Assembly (NCBI RefSeq): GCF_020745735.1
Contig: NC_083406.1
Location: 16,182,001 to 16,246,000, forward strand
Length of the DNA stretch: 64,000 nucleotides
DNA from: Hemiscyllium ocellatum
Lineage: Eukaryota
Reading direction: 5' to 3'
Below are positions 13,155 to 23,928 of the stretch, piece after piece. Both the position numbers and the translations under genes were made by a program. The notes below the pieces were generated by a model that saw only the letters and a program-made list of their open reading frames with translations, was not told the DNA's origin and made no database searches. The first letter of the stretch is position 1, and each line of letters begins with the position of its first letter.

Positions 13155-13630
13155 TGTTTATCCCTGCTGTGTCTTGTTTGTTAACCAATTCTTGATCATT
13201 CTGAGTTTATTAGCCCCGATCCCATTTGTGCTGATTTTGCACAGTAGCCTCCAGTGTGGGACTGTCTCAAAAGATTGCTGAAAATCTGAATAAACCACAT
13301 CCACTGGTTCTCCATCATCTATTCTATAATTTTGCCTTAAAAACAAACACTCCAGTGGGTTCGTCAGGCATTTTGATTATATGCAATCCCACTGGTATTT
13401 TCGAAGTGTGCTGTTATCACATCCTTTAGAGTATTTTACTTACTTTTGATGATAGGCAACTGGTCTTAATTCCCAGTATTTTGCCTCCCTCCTTTATAAA
13501 CAGTGGGGGTTACATTTACCATCTTCTAATCAGCCAGGACTGTTCCTGAATCTACAGAATTTTGAATGATGACAACAATGTATCCATTATCTCCATGACT
13601 ACCTTCTCTTGTACCTTAGAATGAAGACTG
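13155..13630 (-). mobile_element. Degenerate CR1 LINE RT fragment
   Basis: IDDGEPVDVVYSDFQQSFETVPHWRLLCKI corresponds to the CR1 motif D(V/I)VYLDFxKAFDKVPH. Confidence 0.8.
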
Positions 13631-13667
13631 TTAGGCAGTATCGAGAAAAGGCAGTAATGTTGGAAAC

Positions 13668-14815
13668 TCAGTACCAAAGGAGTGCTGCACTGTTGCAGGG
13701 TCAGTATTGAAGGGGTGTTGCACTGTTGCAGGGTCATTACTAAAGGAGTGCTGCACTGTTGCAGGATCAGTACCAAAGGAGTGCTGCACTGTTGCAGGTC
13801 ATTACTGAAGGAGTGCTGCACTGTTGCAGGGTTAGTACTGAAGGGTTGCTGCACTGTTGCAGGTTCAGTACCAAAGGACAGCTGCACTGTTGCAGGGTCA
13901 GTACTAAAGTAGTGCTGCACTGTCGCAGGGTTAGTACTGAAGGAGTGCTGCACTGTTGCAGCGTCAGTACTGAAGGAGTGCTGCACTGTTGCAGGGTCAG
14001 TACTAAATGAGTGCTGCACTGTTGCAGGGTAAGTACTGAGGGAGTGCTGCACTGTCACAGGGTCACTACTGAGAGAGTAAGGAAGTCCTATACTATCTGA
14101 AGCTGAGTACTGACGGCAGCCTACACTGTTGAATGTTCAGTATTAGGGGGAGGCTGCGCTATCAGAGAGTCAGTACTGGCAAAGTAATGCACTTCTGAAG
14201 ACTGAGGGAGTGGTACTTTGTTAGGGGATGAGTACTCAGGCATCTCTACACTGGGAGGGTCAGTACTGAAGCAGCATTACATTGTCAAAGGGTCAGTACT
14301 GAGGGAGTGCTGCACTGTCAAAGGGTCAGTACTGAAGGAGTGCTGCACTGTCAAAGGGTCAGTACTGAAGGAGTGCTGCACTGTCAAAGGGTCAGTACTG
14401 AGGGAGTGCTGCACTGTCAGAGGGTCAGTACTGAGGGATTGCTGCACTGTCAGAGTGTCAGTACTGAGGGAGTGCTGCACTGTCAGAGGGTCAGTACTGA
14501 GGGAGTGCTGCACTATTGGAGGGTCAGTACTGAGGGAGTGCTGCACTGTCGGAGGGTCAGTACTGAGGGTGTGCTGCACTGTCAAAGTGTCAGTCCTGAG
14601 GGTGTGCTGCACTGTCAGAGTGTCAGTACTGAGGGAGTGCTGCACTGTCAGAGGGTCAGTACTGAGGGTGTGCTGCACTGTCAAAGTGTCAGTCCTGAGG
14701 GTGTGCTGCACTGTCAGAAGGTCAGTACTGAGGGTGTGCTGCACTGTCAAAGTGTCAGTCCTGAGGGAGTGCTGCACTGTCAGAGGGTCAGTACTGAGGG
14801 AGTGCTGCACTGTTG
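13668..14815. repeat. 33-bp minisatellite arrays 2 (~12 units, to ~14072) and 3 (~17 units, from ~14250) with decayed units between
   Basis: Same unit as array 1, drifting to GTCAGTACTGAGGGAGTGCTGCACTGTCAGAGG. Confidence 0.95.
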
Positions 14816-15054
14816 TTAGTTTAGGTCCCCAAGGCCTTTAGCTGTCTTGGACCTAACCACTGAAAGTTCCACCTCAAACAATCCTACATCACCCCTTAAG
14901 ATGAAGCTTAAAACCTACTTCTTTGACCAAATCTTTGGCCACCTGTCTTCATATTCCTTTATGTCACTCTGTGCCAATTTTTATTTGATAATGGCTCCAG
15001 GGAAGCTCCATGGACAGCTTTAAATTGTTAAAGGTGCTGTGTATCATCTACAGG

Positions 15055-15702
15055 ACACAAATCAGGAGTGTGTTGGAGTACTCCCCACAATCCTCAAGAA
15101 GCTTGACACCATCCAGGACAAACCAGCTGACTCCCTCCACTCCCTCCACTAGCAGCAGTGAGTACCATCTAAAGATGCACTCTTGAAATTCACCAAGGCT
15201 CCTTGAACAACACCATCCAAACCCTTGACCATTATCAATGAGAAGGACGAGGGCAAATACCACTCACAAGATCTCTTCAGAGTCGTTCACTATCTTGACT
15301 TGGGAATGTATTAGGTGAAACTGAGGACTGCAGATGCTGCAGAGTCAGAGTTGAAAAGTATGGTGCTGGAAAAGCTCAGCAGGTCAGGCAGCATCCGAGG
15401 AGCAAGAGAGTCGACATTTCGAGCATGAGCCATTCCTGATGAAGAGCTTATGCCCGAAACGTCGACTCTCCTGCTCCTTGGTTGCTGCCTGACTTGCTGT
15501 GCTTTTCCAGCACCACCCTTTTCGACTTGTATATGTATTGCCATCGCTTCAGTGCTGCAGGGTCAAAATCCTGGAACTCTTTATCTAAAAGCATTGTGGG
15601 TCTACCCACATGAAAGGGATCGTTGCATCACCATCACCTTCTACAGGCAAGTAGAGATGGGCGATAAATGCTGGCCCAGCCAGTGACGCCCACATCCCAT
15701 GA
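15055..15702 (+). mobile_element. CR1/L2-group LINE 3' fragment interrupted by a mini-Penelope
   Basis: AAGAAGCTTGACACCATCCAGGACAAA ... GCCAGTGACGCCCACATCCCATGA tail. Confidence 0.7.
15313..15528. mobile_element. Fold-back (palindromic) Penelope-derived mini-element with central hammerhead core
   Basis: Inverted arms GGTGCTGGAAAAG..GGCAGCATCCGAGGAGCA / TGCTCC..GCTGCCTGAC..TTTTCCAGCACC. CTGATGA at 15436 and GAAACGTC at 15456. TSD-like flanks. Confidence 0.85.
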
Positions 15703-16319
15703 GTACCTTTAAACAGTACAGGTTGCGGCTGTTGTCGTACACTGCTTTCGGAGGCCTCAGTTCTGTATATTTCACTCCCACTGCAGCTGTTCAAGTAAGT
15801 CAACAACAATTCGTAACAAAGTCACTACTGCACAGTTATGAAGCTTTTACCAGTAATTTTCACCCCTTAAAAAGACTCATAATTATTCAAAATATTTATG
15901 CAACTTTGAGAAAACAATCGTGAATAGGTGTTCACTGAGAGCAGATCTTGACGAAGTGAGCAGTAAATCTGAATCAGCCGATTTATTCAACTTCAGTGAT
16001 CTCTCCTTCCCCCTGTTCAATTACATCTCATAAATATTGCATGTTTCATTATGACTACCTTTAAGAAAATTACCAGTTATGTCAGGTTTTTTCACACTGA
16101 TTTACTTCCCCACAAAAGGTTTCCTTTCACATTGGTATCACTAGCTGGAGATTTGCCTGACAGACTCCATTGTTACTCAGGACTGTAAACTCAAATTGAA
16201 TCTTAAGGCTCAGCATTGTTCCAACCAGTCTCGTGTGTTACGGGGAGGGGAGGGGGGGGAAGAGAAATCACAATGAAACCAAAACTCATAAACGTTGAGT
16301 GGTAATGAGCAACAATCTT

Positions 16320-16925
16320 TAGAAAGAAAGTGTTTGCATTTCTAAAGCGCCTTTCGTTACCTCAGGATATTCCAAAGTGCCTCTCAGCCAACAACTTGAT
16401 GTGTAACTATTGTTGTCGGAAATATGAAAACCACCTTATGCAAAGCCAGCTCCCACATACAGTAATACGGGATCATTTGTTTTAGTGATATTGATTGATG
16501 AACAAACATTGGCCCAGGACACCCCAGGATGAACTTCTATGCTTTTCATTAAGATCTTATCATCAACCTTGTCCATCAATCTGAGAGGGCAGATGAGCAT
16601 CATATTCCATCGGAAAGACTGCACTGTCCAAAGTCAACAATCACACACCAGATTATAGTCCAACAGGTTTAATTGGAAGCACTAGCTCTCAGAGCGCCTG
16701 ATGAAGGAGCAGTGCTCCATAAGTTAATGCTTCCACTTAAACCTATTGGACTATAACCTGGTGTTGTGTGATTTTTAACTTTGTACACCCCAATCCCAAC
16801 ACCAACATCTCCAAATCATGACTGTCAAAAGTACACCTCTTCCACTAAGAGAATCAAACGAGATTACATGGTTGAGATTTGATCACACAAACCCCTGAGC
16901 CAAAGGCAAGAATGCTATCCACTAT
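16320..16925 (-). mobile_element. Deu-domain SINE split by a mini-Penelope
   Basis: AAAGCGCCTTT..ACCTCAGGA..CCAAAGTGC, TTGGCCCAGGACACC, CTGAGAGGGCAGA, CATCGGAAAGAC. Confidence 0.65.
16631..16820. mobile_element. Fold-back mini-element of the second Penelope family
   Basis: Arms ATCACACACCAG.TTATAGTCCAACAGGTTT / AAACCT.TTGGACTATAACCTGGTGTTGTGTGAT match the termini of the 30.7-33.5 kb element. CTGATGA at 16698. Confidence 0.85.
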
Positions 16926-17534
16926 CTGACATCAAATTCATTGCTGTATATTGGTCTATAATAACCTTCAGTAATTATACATTTCACGATGCTCTCCAGA
17001 ACACAGTCCAGCTGTGGAAGGACACAACAATGCATGGTATAACCGAAGGCAGCTCAACTCAACACTTTATGAAATATATCACTTGTCTGAAACCTCCATC
17101 GAGCCAGGCAGGATTATAAGTCTTGGAGAAGAGGTGGAAACGGCCATTTTTGAAATAGAGTAAATCAAACACAAGCACTGAGAGATAAATTCACAAGGAC
17201 AGATAAAACGTTTTGGTTCACATTTGCTGTTCACCACACATGGCAGCTGTTCGAAGAAGTCCAGGAAAGGTGACGAGCGAAAACAAGGGTCAAAATAAAA
17301 GAATGAGATTGCTGGACTGAATGGTTTCTTCTTATATCAGAAGTTACTCGTGCATAATGATAGGTCAAACCATAAAAAGAAATTCAAGGCATCACTGCTT
17401 GATATCACAATTAGATGAAGAGTCCCAATATTCGTGCAACATCCTGTTGGACAAAATTCAAATCTGATAAGTTGACATTCTAAGCAAGACAAAGACCTTC
17501 CTCAGTTACTTAATAAGATGTCTAGCTTTATTCT

Positions 17535-17843
17535 TTAGATTAGATTACTTACAATGTGGATACAGGCCCTTCGGCCCCAAAAGTCCACACCAACCCTCCG
17601 AAGATCAACCCACCCAGACCCATGCTCTACATTTACCCCTTCACCTAACACTATAGGCAATTTAGCATGGCCAATTCACATAACCTGCACATCTTTGGAC
17701 TGTAGGAGGAAACCGGAGCACCCGGAGGAAACCCACGCAGACACGGGGAGAATGTGCAAACTCCACACAGTCAGTCGCCTGAGGCAGGTAATGAAACCAG
17801 GTCTCTGGCGCTGTGAGGCAGCAGTGCTAACCACTGTGCCACC
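17535..17843 (-). mobile_element. HE1/V-SINE
   Basis: Reverse complement of a near full-length HE1. Confidence 0.9.
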
Positions 17844-18707
17844 ATTAATCCTTCAATTCATAAGCAGTTGCCTCTTCAATTCCCCACCCTTGCTCAACAA
17901 GATTTTGTCTTTTCCCTCCTTTTCTGCAAAATCTAAACATCAAGTCACTATCCATTTGGGTTGGACTGCACAGAATAAGCCACAGAACTACCAACTGCTG
18001 AGTTATTCTCATTCTCCCTCAACAACAGACATCCACAAAGCATTTGTCACAAATCTGACATCAACTGCTTTCTCACACACTATTATGTAATAGACAATTA
18101 AACATTCCTTTTCTAGCAAGAATTGTTTTAGACACTGTGGGGACGACGATAAAGAAAATACATGGAGTTTCCAAAGAGGCAGGACAGGGCAGGATTTACG
18201 AGATCGACTTACAACACAGAGCCAAAAAAAAATCTACACAAATGCCCAGAAGATTGGAGTCCAGCCAAAAGCTCCTCTGGAATTATGCACACATCAACAT
18301 CCATGTGAAGACAGAGCAATTGTTCTCAATACCAGAAGGGTTACTAAGCCGGAGATGCAGATTTTAGTAATCTGTGACAATAAACAGGGGTCAGATTTAG
18401 AAATGCACTGCACACTTTACGGTGGTTGTGTTCTGAAATGTGCTGTCACAAAAGGTGAAGCTGCAGACTCAATATCTCAAAAGGAATTGGAAAAAGCAAA
18501 CATTTTTAGAACTAATGGGAAGCAGCAGGAATGGAATGGCAACTAGTAACTAATGAAGAGGAAGACAGGTTAACGAATGCTTGAAAATGCAGCAAAATTA
18601 GAGATAATAAATTTCTGATTCCCATGAGCCGACAGGATTATGGAGATAGGAGGATAAAAGGCATTCAAGTGTACACTCAGTCATGAATAGTGGGGCAGGT
18701 TCAAAGG

Positions 18708-18860
18708 AAGGCATCTGGATGTGTAGCTGAATAGGAAGGGTTTAGAGGGATATGGGCCAAGTGCTGGCAAATGGAACTAGATTACTTTAGGATATCTGGT
18801 CAGCATGGACGAGTAAGACCAAACGGTCTGTTTCAGTGCTGTACGTCTCTATGACTCTAT
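18708..18860 (+). mobile_element. CR1 LINE extreme 3' end
   Basis: AATAGGAAGGGTTTAGAGGGATATGGGCCAAGTGCTGGCAAATGG ... CTCTATGACTCTAT tail. Confidence 0.8.
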
Positions 18861-18924
18861 ATCTGAATAGTCCACTTCTATGTCTCTATGCTCCTAAAGC
18901 AAGCAGCCCAGATTTGTTCTACCT

Positions 18925-19465
18925 TTAAAGAATGTTGCGTGGTCCTCCAATGTGATACTAAATGGGCACTGCACTGCCAGACGTGTGGCACTGAGGTCAG
19001 AGGTGTCAGCTTTCAGATGGGACATGGTATCAAGTCAAGAGTGTGGTGCTGGAAAAGCACAGCAGGTCAGGCAGCACCCGAGGAGCAGGAGAATCACCGT
19101 TTCGGGCAAAAGCCCTTCATCAGGAATTTGGCCAGAAATGTCGATTCCCCTGCTCCTCGGATGCTGCCTGACCTGCCGTGCTTTTCCAGCGCCACGCTCT
19201 CGACTCTAATCTGCAGCATCTGTAATCTACAGTCCTCACTTTTGCCATTATGTCAAGTCCCCATCTGTCCTCTCAGGAGAACATAGAAGATCCTATGGCC
19301 GCTTTTTCAAAACTAGTCTCCAGGCCAATCTTTATCACTCAATCAGCTGTACATATACTAATACTATTAACTCCTCACTGTTTGTGGGATCTTGCTGTGC
19401 ATACATTAGCTGCCATGTTTCCTGTATTAGCATGCTTTTGGACGTTTTGAGGTGGCAGTATAATA
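18925..19465 (+). mobile_element. Deu-domain SINE split by a mini-Penelope
   Basis: GCTTTCAGATG..., CCCATCTGTCCTCTCAGG..AGATCCTATGGC, TGTGGGATCTTGCTGTGC motifs. Confidence 0.6.
19033..19246. mobile_element. Fold-back Penelope-derived mini-element, hammerhead core on - strand
   Basis: Inverted arms. The minus strand reads CCTGATGAAGGGCTTTTGCCCGAAACG (19124-19098), with a perfect stem II and a mutated cleavage triplet. Confidence 0.85.
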
Positions 19466-22218
19466 TGTTGGTTTTGTTTGCTACTCATTTCTCTGTACAA
19501 GGAGCGCAGGATATTTTGACATCTGGGGATTTCTGGTCAACATCTGCGGGTTTTGGTTTGTAGCAATCTCAAGGAAACACATCGGTTTTATTCTCGCTCA
19601 GGACTCAAGAATCCAAAGCTCAAACAAACGAGTGAGCCAGACAATTAACATCACTCCAACAAGCCAGTGTGTACAAACAATTCCCAATGTGAGGGAACAC
19701 ATTCTCCTCAATATTTCAGGAAATGTTAAAAAAAGCCGGAGTTGAAACTATCACCAGAAAATCATAAGGCAGCTGGAATTTAAAAACTCAGGAAATTCAA
19801 TCGCCTCTGTTCCCGGGGAAACTGGAGGGGAAAATCGCATGGAGAGTGAGGGCAGGATTGGGGGGGTTGGTGAAAGTGAATAACATCTGTATCTAGAAGG
19901 AGGAGGACAACAAGAGAACAAATTTCCCAAACACAGCAAATCTCACACTACCAAACACATTCACCCGAGATGTGTGCATCTGTACATTTCATTATTGAAT
20001 TAAAGAAATGGGAAATTAAAGCTGCATTAAGCAGTGCTTGTGCAGCGTTTTGAACGTAGTATTTCAAATAACCAGGGTGAGGCGGAATGGCAAAGCTACC
20101 TATTTAAAAATGGTTGCTTCACCTTTTAATGTGGAAAATCCTTTGCAACATGTGTAGTGATACGTAGTAATAAAACAACTCTTGCTTTGAATAACTGCCT
20201 TTGAACTCTGGTGGAAGAGTCTCGGCCTGAAATATTCACTCTGTTTCTGTCTCCACGGTTGCTGACAGAACTGTTGAGTATTTCCAGCATCTACAGTACC
20301 TGCATTTTGCTTTTCTGTTACTCTCTTATAGCACTTTGTTGCAGACGTCCTGCTATATTACAGTCTGAATAGTTGTAACTTGACAGTCAAAAATAATATC
20401 AACTCACAAATATTATACCCCTAAACACAAGTACTGTACATCAATAATCTTTACAATGAAAGAATAGAGGGGGAGCTGATACTAAGTTAAGATTTACATA
20501 AGATCATAAGTTATCATAAGGAATCTCATCTTCTGAACTTCAATATAGTGGCAGCCTGGAGTTTACAAAAATGGATGTGGAAAGACTGAAGAGCAGAGAT
20601 CAAAGAGAAAAGCAAAGAGAAGATTGAAGCTTTACAATCCATTGCAATTTTTCCCCTATAAAGATCTCAGCCTGTTTCATACAATCTTGCTCAGGAGATA
20701 GCAGACTATCCCCTCACTGTCCCAGTGACCCAACAGCTCTAGAGATTAGACACAACTTGTCATAATTCTAGTGCCAATGGCACAGAACTGCAACAGGGAC
20801 CACAGCCTCAATGTAATCATGGTGAAACTGCAATTCCATGGCTTGTTAGCAGTCACCTGCTACAAATGTAACTGATACTGTAAATAATCGTGCCAAAAAT
20901 ACAGTTTTCAAAGATTATTCTCTGGTTGGCCTGATCTTCCATGCTGGAGGTGAATTTCTCACGCAGCTCTCTAAGATCTGATACCACCTCCCAAAGGGCC
21001 TTGGGGGGAGTGGGTTCGAGAGTGGTTAAAGCCTGCACAGATTGAATGAGGTTTATTGTCACACGAGTACAGCATAAAGTTTACAAGTCACCACTTATGG
21101 AGTCACCTTAGGTACAAAGGTACATGGGTACAAATTCTTGGTACAAAGCAGAAAAATAAAGAAAACAGAGTGAAAAGTTAAACAAAAAAATGATCCTCCC
21201 AGACAGTTCTAGAGGCCTGCTGGGTGACTCAGAGCAGTGATTTTTTGGACAAGCTGAGGTTAACTGCAGCTGTGCATTCAGTTCCCCGGGAACACACGTA
21301 CAATGACAGACACAATAAAACACAACCCAGAAAGGCACAGTCATTCAAGCTCACAGAATGCATGCTCAAACCACTGAAAATATACACTTTCCAAATAGCT
21401 CCCTGCGGCCGCTTTAAAAAGCTTCTTTCGAACAGCAACTCCTATTGTTCACCAGTGAGTCGGGATTCCCCGTTAATACTGTACAGAAACACACAGAGGT
21501 CTCTGCTCTTCCTGTGATGCACACATGCTGCAACAACACACATCAACACGTAGGATGGGGAGGTTCGGAGTGGGAGGGGGTTTAGAAAGAGGGGGTAGCT
21601 GGGGGTGATGTTGGTGAGAGAAGAGAGTAGTAGTAAGGAAGGGGAAAGTTGGACAGTAAGAGAGACGTGTGGCCAAAGACTTGAGCAGGAGGGGGAAGGA
21701 GGGGAAGAGAGGGGATAGGGGAGGGGAGAGGTAGGAGGGAAGGGAGGAGGGGTGAGGAGGCAGGGAGTCGGGTAATGAGGGGGAGGGAGTGGGGGAACAG
21801 GTGAAGGGAATGGAGGGCATTGGGACCAGGAGGAGGGAGGGGAATTAGGGGAGGTGGCGTGAGGGCAGTGGGGGAGGGGAAGGGGAGGAGAGGATGGGGA
21901 CGGCGCAGAGGATTGAGAAGGGTGAATAGGTCAGTGGGGGTAGAGGAGGGAGGGAAGAGGATGGAAATGAGGAGAGGGAGCAGTGGAGGAAGAAGCCAGG
22001 AAGGAGGGAAGAGGAGATGTGGCAAGGAGAGAAGGGAGAAGGTGAGGAGGGGGTAAAAGGACTGGGGATGGAAGGGGAGAGCTGGTGGAAGGGGAGAGAA
22101 GGACAGAGGAGAAGGGGGGGAAGAGTATGGCAGGAAGGGGATGGGGGAAAAGGAGAAGGTGACACGGGGAAGGAAAATGCAGGGAAGGAGATGGGAGAGT
22201 GAAGAAGAAGGTGGAGTG

Positions 22219-22304
22219 GAATGGGTAGGGAAGGGGAATGGGTAGGGAAGGGGAATGGGTAGGGAAGGGGAATGGGTAGGGAAGGGGAATGGGTAGGGAA
22301 GGGG
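22219..22304. repeat. 18-bp tandem repeat GAATGGGTAGGGAAGGGG (~4.7 copies), G-quadruplex-capable
   Basis: Direct reading; successive G3-4 runs with 2-3 nt loops. Confidence 0.9.
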
Positions 22305-23124
22305 AGAACGCTTGAGTGAAAAGGATGAAAGAGAAAGGGGGAGGAAAGGAAATGATGAGGGGAAGGGAAATGGGAAAGAAAGGGAGAGGGAAGTGAAGGG
22401 TGAGATTGAAGAGGGGGGTAAAGTGGGCATAGCAGGTGAGGGGGGCTGAGCAAGAGGGAGCAAGAAATGGGGGAGTGAGATAGTGGGTAGGACAGGGGAT
22501 GGGAGGGAGGACAGAAAAGGGGAGAGATGGAGGGGAGGGAAGGGGAGCAGGGTGGGGGAATAAAGGGAAAAGGGAGGGGAGAGGCAAGGAAATGAGAGAG
22601 GGCAAGGGTTAGACATAAGCTAACTGGTAAAGGGAGGGGACGAACAGGGTGGGAGGGGAGACAGCAGTGGGGAAGGAGATGAGGCAGGAAATGGGAGAGA
22701 GGTGGGAGGGGAGCGGGTAAGGGTAAAAGGAAGGAGGGAAGAGAAGGGGCTAAGGGAAGTGAGATTGGAGGAATAAGTGGAAGAGGGAGAGGAAGGGGAG
22801 GAGAATGGAAGAGAGGGGAGGGAAAGAGGTGGGATTGAGGGTAAGGGGGTAGAGAGGGATAAGAGGAAGAGGAAGGGAAGGGATGTGAGAAGGGGGAAGG
22901 GGAGAGGGGGAGTGAAAAGGAGGGGGAAATACGTTGGTTAGGAAAGCGGGAAAGGGACGAGGGAAAGAGGGTGGATGGAAGGGGAGGAGGGAAGGAGTGA
23001 AGAAATGGGAGGCATGGGAAGGGAAAAGAAGGGAAATGATGATGGGAGGGGAGGTGCTGAAGAAATAGGCATGGAGGGGCACGGTAAGGTGGGGGCAGGA
23101 GTTGACTGGATGGGAGAGGCAGGG

Positions 23125-23700
23125 CAGAGATGGAGTGGAAGGAGAGGGGAGGTTAGAGATGGAGTGGATGGGAGAGGTGAGGTTAGAGATGGAGTGGATG
23201 GGAGAGGTGGGGTTAGAGATGGAGTGGATGGGAGAGGTGGGGTTAGAGATGGAGTGGATGGGAGAGGTGAGGTTAGAGATGGAGTGGATAGGAGAGGTGA
23301 GGTTAGAGATGGAGTGGATAGGAGAGGTGCGGTTAGAGCTGGAGTGGATGGGAGAGGTGGGGTTAGAGATGGAGTGGATGGGAGAGGGAGGGCAGAGATG
23401 GAGTGGATAGAAGAGGTGCGGTTAGAGATGGAGTGGATGGGTGAGGTGGGGTTAGAGATGGAGTGGATGGGTGAGGTGGGGTTAGAGATGGAGTGGATAG
23501 GAGAGGGAGGGCAGGAATGGAGTGGATGGGAGAGGTGGGGTTAGAGATGGAGTGGATGGGAGAGGGAGGTTAGAGATGGAGTGGATGGGAGAGGGAGGTT
23601 AGAGATGGAGTGGATGGGAGAGGGAGGTTAGAGATGGAGTGGATGGGAGAGGGAGGTTAGAGATGGAGTGGATGGGAGAGGGAGGTTAGAGATGGAGTGG
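23125..23700. repeat. 29-30 bp minisatellite GATGGAGTGGATGGGAGAGGTGGGGTTAGA (~19 units)
   Basis: Direct reading; the 30-mer shifts to a 29-mer variant at the right end. Confidence 0.93.
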
Positions 23701-23827
23701 ACAGGCGAGAGAGGGCAGAGGTGGGCAAGAGTGAGTTGGAGGCAAATACTGAATGTGTTTTTTGGAGATCTGTGTGGTGGAGGGGTTTGAAGGAGGAAGG
23801 AGACTGGCATCAAAGTAAGAAGAGTGG

Positions 23828-23928
23828 AGTTCTGAGGAAGGGTCACTGAACCCGAAACATCAACTCTGATGTCTCTTCAGAGGTGCTGCCAGTAATGCTG
23901 AGACATCCAACAATTTCTGTTTTTGTTT
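23828..23928 (+). mobile_element. Old Penelope-derived 3' repeat with hammerhead-like core
   Basis: CTGAGGA-A-GGGT(CACTGA)ACCC-GAAAC followed by the ..GCTGCCAG..GCTGAG..CAATTTCTGTTTTTGTT arm. Confidence 0.6.

Noticed and set aside
10011-14841. Long ORFs (413, 428, 238, 207 aa etc.) and CRISPR-like appearance of the 33-bp arrays
   Set aside because: The ORFs are open in several frames on both strands because the unit length is a multiple of 3 and mostly lacks stops. Units are contiguous with no unique spacers, there are no cas genes, and the DNA is vertebrate.
20853-21062. 69-aa ORF with helical-looking sequence (KALWEVVSDLRELREKF)
   Set aside because: No recognisable homology, non-ATG start, no convincing splice pair; abuts a repeat-like segment.
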